Source of the DNA: a virus
Lineage: Duplodnaviria > Caudoviricetes
Virus record (IMG/VR): IMGVR_UViG_3300031992_000038
Location: 32,001 to 96,000 of that record
DNA: 64,000 nucleotides
Strand: one strand, 5' to 3'
Shown in pieces: positions 8,670 through 18,155 of the stretch (positions are counted from its first letter, which is position 1; each line of letters opens with the position of its first letter). Below the pieces are notes generated by a model, which was given only the letters and a program-made list of their open reading frames with translations, did no database searches and had not been told where the DNA came from. The translations under genes were made by a program, and so were the position numbers.

Positions 8670-11111
8670 ATGACTAAAATCTCCAAATTCCACGAGCTAA
8701 TCAAGAACGCCCACATCGAGAAGGACGTCGAGAGCGTATACACCCAGGGCATCACCATGTATTTCCCTGAGGCTGATATTGAACACCCGTTCGCGTGCGA
8801 CAGTTTCATCGACACGAAGACTGACAACGGCAAGATGCTCAAGCTCATCATCGAGTACAAGTTCGATGAGGACTTCTCGACCCGAACCGCACGCTCAAAG
8901 GTCATCGCACAGGTGCTTTATTACATGAAGCGCTTCGAGCAGAACGGCATGATTCTTCCCAACGTTGTCATGGTCGGCGACGTGAACGAGTGCTTCGTGT
9001 TCCACAGCAACGACATCATCAAATACCTCGACGAGGACATCGACTGGACAATCGCCCCGTCAGAGGCCCATCACCGCAACCCAGACCTTGTCATGAAGCT
9101 GAACGACGACGAGAACGTCAACCCGTTCATATTCCGCATTGACGAGCATTTCTCGTTCAAGAGCGTTGTAGAGCGCATCAAACAACTCGCCGACAACATC
9201 CAGCGGTACGTGCACGTGACCGAGCACAACATCGCCACCATATTCGAGTACTTCTGCGACAGGGTAATCAAGGACCGCAAGAAGATTCAGGCGAACGACC
9301 TCGTCGCCGTGTTCATGGGAGTGATAACGAAGGGGGAGAACTACTACAAGCACCCTAACAAGAAGAACACGCTCGTCACGCCGTTCGGGAACATCAGCAT
9401 CAACTCGGACGGGTACGACTCGTTCTTCTCGTACTTCAACCGCAACTACACGCCGCAGGAGAAGAACCGATTCGCCGAGATTTCGGACCGACTGATTGAG
9501 GATACGAACCGCAGAAACAAAGGGGAGTTCTACACTCCGACCTTGTTCGTGGACTATGCCCATAAGATGATTGCCGAGCAGTTCGGAGAGGACTGGAAGG
9601 AGAAGTACGTGGTGTGGGACAATAGCGCAGGAAGCAAGAATCTCACCCGTGACTACTACTTCAAGGAACTGTATTCGTCAACGCTCGAACAGGCCGAACT
9701 TGACATCTCATCACAATATAATAAGGAGGCGACGTCATTCCAGTTCGACTTCCTCAACGACCCGTTGGAGAAACTTCCGCAGGGGCTGAAGGACGCGCTT
9801 GAACAGGACAAGCCCATCATCTTCTTCATGAATCCGCCTTATGCTACAGCAGCAAGTGGAAAGGGAAAAGATGGGAAAACAAACGTTTCAAATACAATTG
9901 TTTATGATACAATGATTGATGATTGTGGAAGGTGCAGCCAGAATCTTTATGCACAGTTCATCTACCGTATCATGATGATTAAGCGTAAATATAATTTGAC
10001 AGACTGTCACATAGCTATGTTCACCAAAACCTTGCATTTGACAGGTAGTAGTTGGAAGAAATTTAGGGATGAATTCTTCAAAGATTTCAATTATATCAAT
10101 GGATGCATGTTCAATGCTTCTCACTTTGCTGACTGTTCTGATAAATGGGGCATTTCATTTGCTATATGGAAATCAAATATGCCAAACAGCATTGATAATT
10201 TCACACATATTCTAATTGATAGCAAAGACGGTGAAATTGTTAATGTTGGCGAAAAAACATTATACAATATGGACAGCCAACAATCCGCAAGCGATTGGGT
10301 AAGAGAGGGGATAAAGGGGATTGAAAAAGAATTAAGACCACACCTTTCAAGCGCAATAACGATTTCGGAGAAACAAAATCAAACGCTAGCGAAAAATGCG
10401 TTAGGAAGTCTAATGTCGTTATCAAATAATGTATATGAAAACGCACAAGGCGTTGGTTTGTCTTCAACAATTCAAACAAAAGGCAGCGCATGCATTTCAA
10501 TATCTATTCTTCCGACGAATTTCACCCGTTGCACCTCTCTGTTCGCGGCCCGCAAGTTAGTAGTCGGTAACTGGATTAACGACAAGGACGAGTACATGGC
10601 ACCGAACACGGAGCACGAGAAGTGGCAGGAGTTCGAGAGTGACAGTGTTGTCTATTCGCTGTTCAACACCTCTTCCAATCAGTCTTCTCTCCGCAATGTG
10701 GAGTACAAGGGCAAGTCATGGGACATCAAGAACGAATTTTTCTGGATGTCCAAGGACGTGATGATGGCATTGGCCGAGGAGTTCTCCAACGACTACTGCT
10801 ACAACGACGCCCGCGTGTCAGACGAGCGATATGTGTACAAACTCCTTCAGGGAATGGAGTTGAGCAAGGAGGCGCGTGACGTCCTGCTGAAGGCAACGCA
10901 GATTGTCGCCAAGTCGTTCCCTTACCGACAGATGTTCAACGAGGAGCATCCAGAGTATCAGGTAATTAACTGGGATTGCGGATGGTACCAGGTCAAGGCG
11001 ATTGCAAAGGAATACCTGAAGGATGACCTTGAGGAGTTCAAAGCGCTCTACAAGAAACTCTCGGAGAAGATGCTCCCGATGGTGTATGAACTAGGGTTCT
11101 TGAGAAAGTAA
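8670..11111 (+). CDS. fused restriction endonuclease-N6-adenine methyltransferase (type IIG-like)
   Basis: N-terminal D...IEYK...Q-x-x-Y nuclease motif; GEFYTP, WDNSAGSKNL (motif I), NPPY (motif IV); C-terminal specificity region. Confidence 0.8.
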   Translation: MTKISKFHELIKNAHIEKDVESVYTQGITMYFPEADIEHPFACDSFIDTKTDNGKMLKLIIEYKFDEDFSTRTARSKVIAQVLYYMKRFEQNGMILPNVVMVGDVNECFVFHSNDIIKYLDEDIDWTIAPSEAHHRNPDLVMKLNDDENVNPFIFRIDEHFSFKSVVERIKQLADNIQRYVHVTEHNIATIFEYFCDRVIKDRKKIQANDLVAVFMGVITKGENYYKHPNKKNTLVTPFGNISINSDGYDSFFSYFNRNYTPQEKNRFAEISDRLIEDTNRRNKGEFYTPTLFVDYAHKMIAEQFGEDWKEKYVVWDNSAGSKNLTRDYYFKELYSSTLEQAELDISSQYNKEATSFQFDFLNDPLEKLPQGLKDALEQDKPIIFFMNPPYATAASGKGKDGKTNVSNTIVYDTMIDDCGRCSQNLYAQFIYRIMMIKRKYNLTDCHIAMFTKTLHLTGSSWKKFRDEFFKDFNYINGCMFNASHFADCSDKWGISFAIWKSNMPNSIDNFTHILIDSKDGEIVNVGEKTLYNMDSQQSASDWVREGIKGIEKELRPHLSSAITISEKQNQTLAKNALGSLMSLSNNVYENAQGVGLSSTIQTKGSACISISILPTNFTRCTSLFAARKLVVGNWINDKDEYMAPNTEHEKWQEFESDSVVYSLFNTSSNQSSLRNVEYKGKSWDIKNEFFWMSKDVMMALAEEFSNDYCYNDARVSDERYVYKLLQGMELSKEARDVLLKATQIVAKSFPYRQMFNEEHPEYQVINWDCGWYQVKAIAKEYLKDDLEEFKALYKKLSEKMLPMVYELGFLRK

Positions 11112-11141
11112 GGAATATATTGCTTAATCGTTTATAATTTC

Positions 11142-11600
11142 ATGGAAATAAAGTTCAAGACGAAAGATGAGATAGAAAGCATTGCTCTTCACGAGTTGAG
11201 AAAGTCGCCAAACAAGAAACTGCTCAGCAACACGAACGTGGACTGTTTCATAAGCGGGTGGAATGCCGCGTCGAACGACATCAGGTCACAGATGACCGCG
11301 GAGAAACTGAAAGAGTTCAGGGAGTATCTGAAGGAACTGTCGGAGTACTGCGACGAGAGAATGAGACGTCAGAACGAAGACCTCGGTTACAGCGGTTATA
11401 TGTACACGGTTCCCAGCGACGCGCAGTTGATATTTGAACTGTGGAAACGTGTCGGTGAAGCCTGTGAGACGATAAGCGCGAACCTCGAGAACGTCAAAAT
11501 GAGCCGCGGCGAGTATTACGACAAGGTGAAAGGATGCGGGGATGAATCCACTACACCTTTGCTATGCCGGATTCATGGGAGACAGATGAAAGCATTTTAA
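11142..11600 (+). CDS. hypothetical protein
   Basis: 152-aa ORF. Confidence 0.65.
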   Translation: MEIKFKTKDEIESIALHELRKSPNKKLLSNTNVDCFISGWNAASNDIRSQMTAEKLKEFREYLKELSEYCDERMRRQNEDLGYSGYMYTVPSDAQLIFELWKRVGEACETISANLENVKMSRGEYYDKVKGCGDESTTPLLCRIHGRQMKAF

Positions 11601-11680
11601 CCATTTTTAACGAAATAAAATTGTTCATCTCAGAAACTTTGTGTACCTTCCACAATCAGAAAACAAAATGTTTTGTCATT

Positions 11681-12139
11681 ATGGACAGATTCAAAGCAAT
11701 ACAGGACGAGATTATCAGCAAGTACCGCGTGAACATTGACGCCAATTCCACGTGCCGGACACGGACGCATGCCCACGTGAGGGAGCGCAGGGTGTGCAAA
11801 TGGGTGCGGAAGAACAGTTTCGAGAGCACGTTCACGCTCCTTCATGAGGTTGGTCACATAGAGACGAAAAAGTCCTCGATGCGCCGTTCCGAGAGCGAGT
11901 ATTATGCGACGTGTTGGGCGTTGGATAGATGCCGCGAATACGGTCTGCAGGTGCCGGAGAAGACCCTCCACGTGTATCAGCGGTACATCCTTCAGGAAGT
12001 CGCGAGAGGCAAACGCAGGGGCGGGTGCGGATACGGAGAGTTGAACATTTACAAGTATTACGGCATTGACAAGACAATCAAGCAGTTCGTAGGCGAGCTG
12101 GAACCGGCGTGGGCGAGATGCATAGCGCCGTGGATTTAG
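11681..12139 (+). CDS. putative zinc metallopeptidase (HExxH)
   Basis: LLHEVGH followed by ESEYYA; upstream promoter-like TTG-N-TACCTTCC supports the 11681 start. Confidence 0.7.
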   Translation: MDRFKAIQDEIISKYRVNIDANSTCRTRTHAHVRERRVCKWVRKNSFESTFTLLHEVGHIETKKSSMRRSESEYYATCWALDRCREYGLQVPEKTLHVYQRYILQEVARGKRRGGCGYGELNIYKYYGIDKTIKQFVGELEPAWARCIAPWI

Positions 12140-12203
12140 CTGTTAAGTTTTTGGATTGAGGTTTCTTTCGGGTTATATTCTTATTTAAGACTAAATAAAG
12201 ATT

Positions 12204-15200
12204 ATGAAAAAATTTGCAAACCTCCAGAAGGAGGTAAAGACTGTCAAATTTGGGCTTAAGCCAATTGGAATGACAGAAAAGTTCATCAAGGATAGAGGTC
12301 TCCTTGACGCGCAGTATTCAATCAACGACAGACTGGAAGAGGCGAAACTGGTCCTTGACCGTGTATATCTCGATGTCCTCAGCCGAAGTATGTCGTCCAT
12401 TGACCCGAAAATCGCTGACGGGTTGTATGACGTGTGGCTGAAAGACCAGAAAAAGTTCACTAACAGCAATGAGTTCAATTCCGCTAAAGATACATTTGTT
12501 GGCAAAATTAAAGGATATATTAGAGAACTAATTAAAACCGAGAAAGAAAATTATGACTTTAATGTCAATAATATCCTAAACGATATAGACACCTTCTGCG
12601 GTGGGGATGATGTCTTAAAGAGCGAACTACACAGCATTAAGAATGACTTTAGCGGACGTTCAGCTTATTTCACGGAATATTGCACCAGCAAAAACCCTGC
12701 ATTGTTCGGAACCGAAACAAATTCTTCCTCATATCGTGTCTTTAATGAGAACCTTGTGACATTCTTCAAGAATGTGAAAGCGTTCCGCTCAATCAGTCCT
12801 GATCAAATGACGACGGTTCTTAAATTTGTTGATGGTCTCGATGAAATCATGGTACCGGATAATGGTTTGAAGTATATTCTGCAATCAGACATTGACGTGT
12901 ATAATAAGGTGATTGCTGAATACGCTTCTGCGCGACAGGAACTCCAAAGCAAGGACAAGGGGTTGAGCCTTCCGAAACTTGAGAAACTCGCGAAGCAGAT
13001 TCTTTCTGAGGCCGAGAAGAAATTCCAGCCAATCGAGAGTGACGAGGAGGTGTTTTCGTTCCTGGACGAGAACATCGAAGACCTTACGTCCGCAATATTG
13101 AAACTGAAAGAGTTGTTCAGTGGGATTGGTTCGATTTATGACAAGGAGAAAATCCTGATTGCAAAGAAGGTGAAGGCTAAAAAGGATGAATTCTCCATGA
13201 TTTCGAACGCCTGCATGCATAGTTGGGACGGAATAAAGAACCTAATCATAGAGAACTGGAAGGCTGAAAATCCTAAGGGTAAGGAAAACGTAAAGGACAA
13301 GAAAGCAAACAAATTCTACAAGCAGTTAAGCAATATTTCATTGCTTGAACTTGAAAAAATCACGAACAGTGATGCGGCAACATCTTATCTGATCGGACTA
13401 GGCGAGAAGAACGACAGAGAACTTCAGGAGGCTGACCTTGCTTCACTCGCCATAAACGCTTACAACGTGTTCAAGGAAGAACACGAGAAGGGTCTTGACA
13501 AGAGACTCAAGAACATTGATAACTCAAAGAACATAAACGCATTCTTTGACACGCTGATTAGACTGAAGGACTTCATCTCCCAGATATATGTCGGAGAGGG
13601 CATAGATGACACCTGCGAGTTCTATCAGGAACTTCTTCCTGCGAAATGCAAACTCGAGGAGGTTGTCAGTGAGTGGGTAAGAATCCGAAGTTACCTCACC
13701 AAGAAGGACTACATTCAGAACGAACTGCGTGTCTATTTCGGATTGAACGCGAATTTGATGGGTGGGTGGACACACAAAGAGAATGGTGAGTTTCCAAAAC
13801 GTTCAATTATGTTCAAGGGTGTCGGGGACGATTATTATGTCGGAATTCTTGCTGGGGTTTCCAGTGCCAAAAAGATTTTAAATGGAGAAATAGGTGACGG
13901 AAGATTCCGATATCTTGACATAACAAATTATGACAAAAAGAATATCGAAAGACTTGTTCAAACTTTTTGTGGTGGCAAGAAACCAGATGAAGATGGCCTT
14001 ATTAAAGTCCTCACAAGCAAAGAATGGGCACAAAAGTACCCAAAGTTAGTTTTGGAGAAAACCGATGGGTTCAGCAGTACAGACGAAATCTATAAATCAC
14101 TTTGCCATCAAGAAATGAGATGGGTTGCATGTTCACGCGAAGCCGTAGACACGATGGTTGAGAGTGGTGATTTGTATCTCTTCAAACTTTCTTGTCGGGA
14201 TTTCAGCAAGCATTCAAAAGGTAATCCACAACTGTACACTATGTACCTGCGTGCGCTGTTAAGTGACGACAATCCGATTGGAAGATATTTCATCAATGGT
14301 AACGGAAAAATCACTTTCAGACCGAGGACAGTTGTCGACAATACAAATATTGGTGATTTCGCCATCCACAGGGCAAATTTCCCCATTGATAACAAGCGGA
14401 ACATTGAAGGCGGTGAGAAAAGTGCCACGTATCCATATGACATTGAGAAGAACAAGCGTTTCAAGTCGGATTCATGGTTCATCAGTTTACCGTTATCCGT
14501 GAACGAAGGCAAGAAAATCACCCAAAAGGAAATCAATGACCTTGTCAACGGCATGATTTCAACCGGTGAGATTAAGCACGTCATCGGTATTGACCGCGGC
14601 GAAAGGAACCTTGTCACCGTATCTATCGTGAACAAGGACACAATGGAAATCGTTGAGCAAAGAAGTCTGAACATCATCGGCAACACAGACTATAACAAAC
14701 TCATGGATGAGATGAGCGAGAACGTTAAGGATGATAGGAACAATTTGCGATTGGAAAGTTCGATGAGAAACATGTCCGAAGGTTATGTCAGCCATGCCGT
14801 GAATGAAATAGTACAACTTGTCAGGAAATACAATGCAGTAATCGCGATGGAAAACCTGGACAATCTTGGGCGCGGTAAAATCATCAAGAACATCTACACG
14901 AAGTTCGAGAACCAGTTATTGGACAAACTGTCGTTCATGGTGTTCAAGGATGTTGACAAGAACGACATTGGTGGCGTATACAATCCGCTCACGATGGCAA
15001 TAAAGAAGACGGACCAAACTAAATATGAAAAAACGTTGTCGCAGAACGGTATTGTTTTTTCGGTATTGCCTCAATACACATCAAGCATCGACCCTGTAAC
15101 TGGTTTTGCGAATGTGCTTGACATGCAGAATGTGAAGACTATTGACTCGATCAAGAAGTTCTTCTACTCATTCGACTATATACGCTATGACAAGGAACAT

Positions 15201-15824
15201 GACCATTTCGTGTTTGGCGCCGACTGGAAGAAATTCAAACTAAAGAACAGTGTAAAGGTGAATGAATTGAACAGGACCGAATGGACACTTGTGTCAAGTG
15301 GAATAAGGATCAGGTACAAAAAGACAAAGAACAGTTCGCACCGAACCATTGAGGAGCATGACCCTACTGAGGAACTCAAGAGAGCCATCGGAAGGTCTGG
15401 AAACAATTTCATGGAATGCGGAAACATCAAGAACATAATCATGAACCAGGACTCACATGACATCCTTGACGAATTCCTTGATGCGGTAAAACTGATTCTG
15501 CAGATGAGAAACAGCAAAGGGGAAGAGGACTACATCCTGTCACCGGCGCTAGACGAAAACGGAAAGCAGTTTGACTCACGTGAGCGTCATGGACAAACAA
15601 TGCCGAAAGACGGTGATACGAATGGCGCTTACAATATCGCAAGACGGGCCGTTATGCTCATCAGGAATGGTGATGACAATAAATATGACAGCAATGTGCA
15701 CTGGTTGAATTTTGCGCAAACCGAAGGAAGAATGCAAACCTTAGGTAATGTGCAAAGTACAAATTTTGACAACGAGTTCAAAACTAATGAGTTATGTTAT
15801 TCCGCATCGAAAAGGGTGGGGTAA
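12204..15824 (+). CDS. cas12a: type V-A CRISPR effector Cas12a (Cpf1), divergent
   Basis: N-terminus KTVKFGLKPIG; RuvC-I IGIDRGERNL, RuvC-II IAMENL, RuvC-III PKDGDTNGAYNIARR; YTSSIDPVTGF, ILQMRNS, DYILSP; directly upstream of a Cas12a-type array. Confidence 0.93.
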   Translation: MKKFANLQKEVKTVKFGLKPIGMTEKFIKDRGLLDAQYSINDRLEEAKLVLDRVYLDVLSRSMSSIDPKIADGLYDVWLKDQKKFTNSNEFNSAKDTFVGKIKGYIRELIKTEKENYDFNVNNILNDIDTFCGGDDVLKSELHSIKNDFSGRSAYFTEYCTSKNPALFGTETNSSSYRVFNENLVTFFKNVKAFRSISPDQMTTVLKFVDGLDEIMVPDNGLKYILQSDIDVYNKVIAEYASARQELQSKDKGLSLPKLEKLAKQILSEAEKKFQPIESDEEVFSFLDENIEDLTSAILKLKELFSGIGSIYDKEKILIAKKVKAKKDEFSMISNACMHSWDGIKNLIIENWKAENPKGKENVKDKKANKFYKQLSNISLLELEKITNSDAATSYLIGLGEKNDRELQEADLASLAINAYNVFKEEHEKGLDKRLKNIDNSKNINAFFDTLIRLKDFISQIYVGEGIDDTCEFYQELLPAKCKLEEVVSEWVRIRSYLTKKDYIQNELRVYFGLNANLMGGWTHKENGEFPKRSIMFKGVGDDYYVGILAGVSSAKKILNGEIGDGRFRYLDITNYDKKNIERLVQTFCGGKKPDEDGLIKVLTSKEWAQKYPKLVLEKTDGFSSTDEIYKSLCHQEMRWVACSREAVDTMVESGDLYLFKLSCRDFSKHSKGNPQLYTMYLRALLSDDNPIGRYFINGNGKITFRPRTVVDNTNIGDFAIHRANFPIDNKRNIEGGEKSATYPYDIEKNKRFKSDSWFISLPLSVNEGKKITQKEINDLVNGMISTGEIKHVIGIDRGERNLVTVSIVNKDTMEIVEQRSLNIIGNTDYNKLMDEMSENVKDDRNNLRLESSMRNMSEGYVSHAVNEIVQLVRKYNAVIAMENLDNLGRGKIIKNIYTKFENQLLDKLSFMVFKDVDKNDIGGVYNPLTMAIKKTDQTKYEKTLSQNGIVFSVLPQYTSSIDPVTGFANVLDMQNVKTIDSIKKFFYSFDYIRYDKEHDHFVFGADWKKFKLKNSVKVNELNRTEWTLVSSGIRIRYKKTKNSSHRTIEEHDPTEELKRAIGRSGNNFMECGNIKNIIMNQDSHDILDEFLDAVKLILQMRNSKGEEDYILSPALDENGKQFDSRERHGQTMPKDGDTNGAYNIARRAVMLIRNGDDNKYDSNVHWLNFAQTEGRMQTLGNVQSTNFDNEFKTNELCYSASKRVG

Positions 15825-15895
15825 ACAACTAAAAAGAAGAAAAGACCAAAGCCGCTCATTTCCAATGGGTTGGATTAAAAACTTGGGCGGATAGG
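15825..15895 (+). promoter_or_regulatory. short CRISPR leader
   Basis: Lies between the cas12a stop and repeat 1; degenerate repeats are at the opposite end; TCCAA-TGGG-TTGGA hairpin. Confidence 0.55.
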
Positions 15896-16597
15896 GTCTA
15901 TCAAAGATAAGAAATACCTACTTGTGTAGGTTTTTATGGACACAATGTCCGACTCTGCGGTCTATCAAAGATAAGAAATACCTACTTGTGTAGGTGGAGT
16001 GGTGCAGACAGATGTCCGATAAAGTCTATCAAAGATAAGAAATACCTACTTGTGTAGGTTATATAAAACCATGAAAAAATGAAGTAGTCTATCAAAGATA
16101 AGAAATACCTACTTGTGTAGGTCTTGATTGAGACGATGTCCGACTCTGCGGTCTATCAAAGATAAGAAATACCTACTTGTGTAGGTTAATCAGTTGGGCG
16201 GAGAAATTAAGCGCGTCTATCAAAGATAAGAAATACCTACTTGTGTAGGTGACATCTCACTTCCATGCTCCTTCAAAGTCTATCAAAGATAAGAAATACC
16301 TACTTGTGTAGGTCGGTTGTCAAACTTGATTCCTGTCTTCGTCTATCAAAGATAAAAAATACCTACTTGTGTAGGTTAAGGAGGGCTTACAGGCTATTGG
16401 GATGGTCTATCAAAGATAAGAAATACCTACTTGTGTAGGTAGGTTATTAGTTATTTTCAGCGTTTTCGTCTATTAAACATAAGAAATATCTACTTGTGTA
16501 GGTATTGGGACTTGACAAACTTACAATTCTTCGTCTATTAAAAATAAGAAATACTTACTTGTGTAGGTACAATTGGACACCAAGTCTATTAAAGATA
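15896..16597 (+). CRISPR. CRISPR array: 11 full 36-nt repeats plus a truncated 12th; 11 spacers
   Basis: Repeat GTCTATCAAAGATAAGAAATACCTACTTGTGTAGGT at 15896, 15960, 16024, 16087, 16151, 16215, 16278, 16341, 16405, 16468, 16533 (last two degenerate), partial at 16584; spacers 27-29 nt, last one 15 nt. Confidence 0.98.
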
Positions 16598-16762
16598 TTA
16601 ATCTGAAATTCATACTTCCTCAAGAAGTAAAAAACTTCTAACTGATTATTTGATATGGAAAACAATAACGGTTGGTCGCTTAACCGGGACGCCTGAAAAG
16701 GCGACACATTGGTGTTAGATGGCAAAACTTGACACAATAATTGGTACAAAACATTAAATAAT

Positions 16763-17146
16763 ATGGACCACACTATTACAATGTACACATGGGAGGTCGT
16801 TCTTTTCCTGTTTCTATACCTCGCGCTTTTCTTCTATGTCATATGGTCAAAGTCAAAAAGACAGTTGAACCCGGACATGTTTGATCGTGAAGGTGAAGTC
16901 AAACCGGTTGTTTTCAAGATAGTGAAGGCGGAAATGTCCGCAACGACGAAGTGTGAGGACGGTCCGCCAGTCCACCGCATGCTATGTAAGTACACCGCGG
17001 TCAACAGTTTTTTCAGAAAGCCGGGACTCAAAGACTACGAGTGCGACTTCTACGTGTTCTACGACGTCGCTGGCAAGTACAATATCGGCGATACGCTCAA
17101 ATTGGACAGTGTGTCGAAGGAATGCGACAATGTTAAACAAAACTAA
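16763..17146 (+). CDS. membrane-anchored hypothetical protein
   Basis: N-terminal hydrophobic helix VVLFLFLYLALFFYVIW. Confidence 0.65.
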   Translation: MDHTITMYTWEVVLFLFLYLALFFYVIWSKSKRQLNPDMFDREGEVKPVVFKIVKAEMSATTKCEDGPPVHRMLCKYTAVNSFFRKPGLKDYECDFYVFYDVAGKYNIGDTLKLDSVSKECDNVKQN

Positions 17147-17149
17147 AGA

Positions 17150-17181
17150 CTTGCCGATGTAAGATTTTTTTCCTATCTTTG
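17150..17181 (+). promoter_or_regulatory. Bacteroidota-type promoter
   Basis: CTTG-N20-TATCTTTG. Confidence 0.7.
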
Positions 17182-17220
17182 CTCTCGTTGTCCAAAAAAC
17201 GATAATAAGGAGAATAAGAC

Positions 17221-17463
17221 ATGGCACTAAAATTAAGAAAAGATTCTGATTTCTATACACGAGTGATGAACGTCATCCAAGCAATGGAAGAAAATAATGT
17301 TAGGATTGAATGTGTTGATGGCGAATTTCGTATTTCTGATACAACTGAAGGGGCATCAGAACGACTTCAAGACATGATTCTGCATGATGGTGAGAATGAA
17401 CCTGTTCGAGTATTACCTTCAGATTTTGACACTGAATACACATTAAAAGTTTTTGATTCTTAA
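17221..17463 (+). CDS. hypothetical protein
   Basis: ORF downstream of promoter. Confidence 0.65.
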   Translation: MALKLRKDSDFYTRVMNVIQAMEENNVRIECVDGEFRISDTTEGASERLQDMILHDGENEPVRVLPSDFDTEYTLKVFDS

Positions 17464-17486
17464 TTGGTTTAAAAGCGCAGACAAGA

Positions 17487-17521
17487 AAATCCGCCGATTG
17501 CGAAAAGCGTCGGCGGATTTG
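17487..17521. terminator. bidirectional intrinsic terminator
   Basis: AAATCCGCCGA...TCGGCGGATTT between convergent genes. Confidence 0.7.
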
Positions 17522-17566
17522 TGCATCTATAGGTCACGGCCTCAAATGACCGGGCGGTCTGACGTG

Positions 17567-18058
17567 TCAACGTTTGTACTTCGCCTTGGCGTCATATATG
17601 CAATTGTCCAGCTCGCTGTAGAACTGTCCGCTAAGGTACTGCAGTCGCTTCTCGTACTCGTACTCTTCGTAGTGGTCATAGAACTCTTCTTCCGGAACCT
17701 TGTCGTATATTTCGTTCTCGTTGCTCGCCGGCATCACCTCGTCAAGGTCGAAATCGAGAGTGAATGCGGTGCTTTTAAGGCCACATATGACGGTGTCGCG
17801 CAGGAACTCATCGCCGCCTGCGGCGTTGATCGCATTCAGCACCTTTTCCATCTGTTGCTGCTCGATTTGCAAGTAGCGGAGCGCTGACGGGTTGTGCAGT
17901 TTTTCGTCCGCCTGTGACACCAGTTCCGCGAACTCGTTGTATATATTCTCCAGCGGTGCCGTGTCGACACTTGACGATGACTCGTTCAGTGCACGCCTAA
18001 CGCTTTCCGAGACAATTCTTCTTATATAGTTTCTGGTGATGTTTGCTTTTCTTGCCAT
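17567..18058 (-). CDS. putative internal head protein
   Basis: N-terminal IRRIVSESVRRALNES motif; CTATTTAT upstream. Confidence 0.6.
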   Translation of the reverse strand: MARKANITRNYIRRIVSESVRRALNESSSSVDTAPLENIYNEFAELVSQADEKLHNPSALRYLQIEQQQMEKVLNAINAAGGDEFLRDTVICGLKSTAFTLDFDLDEVMPASNENEIYDKVPEEEFYDHYEEYEYEKRLQYLSGQFYSELDNCIYDAKAKYKR

Positions 18059-18155
18059 ATCATTCTTTGTTTGTCTTGACATAAATAGCGGACTATCTGT
18101 GGATTTTCTTTATGTGTCATGTGCAGTTGCCAAACCTAATGCGATACACCGAAGG

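Noticed and set aside
16060-16086. Spacer 3 shares ATGAAAAAAT with the cas12a start
   Set aside because: 10-nt low-complexity match outside the seed.
16377-16404. Spacer 8 GGAGGGCTTAC resembles the element core GGAGGCTTAC
   Set aside because: Short gapped match with no flanking identity; not credible self-targeting.
16314-16532. Spacers 7 and 10 look alike (TTG.CAAACTT...TCTTC)
   Set aside because: They are out of register and translate differently (KTGIKFDN vs KNCKFVKSQ); probably chance.
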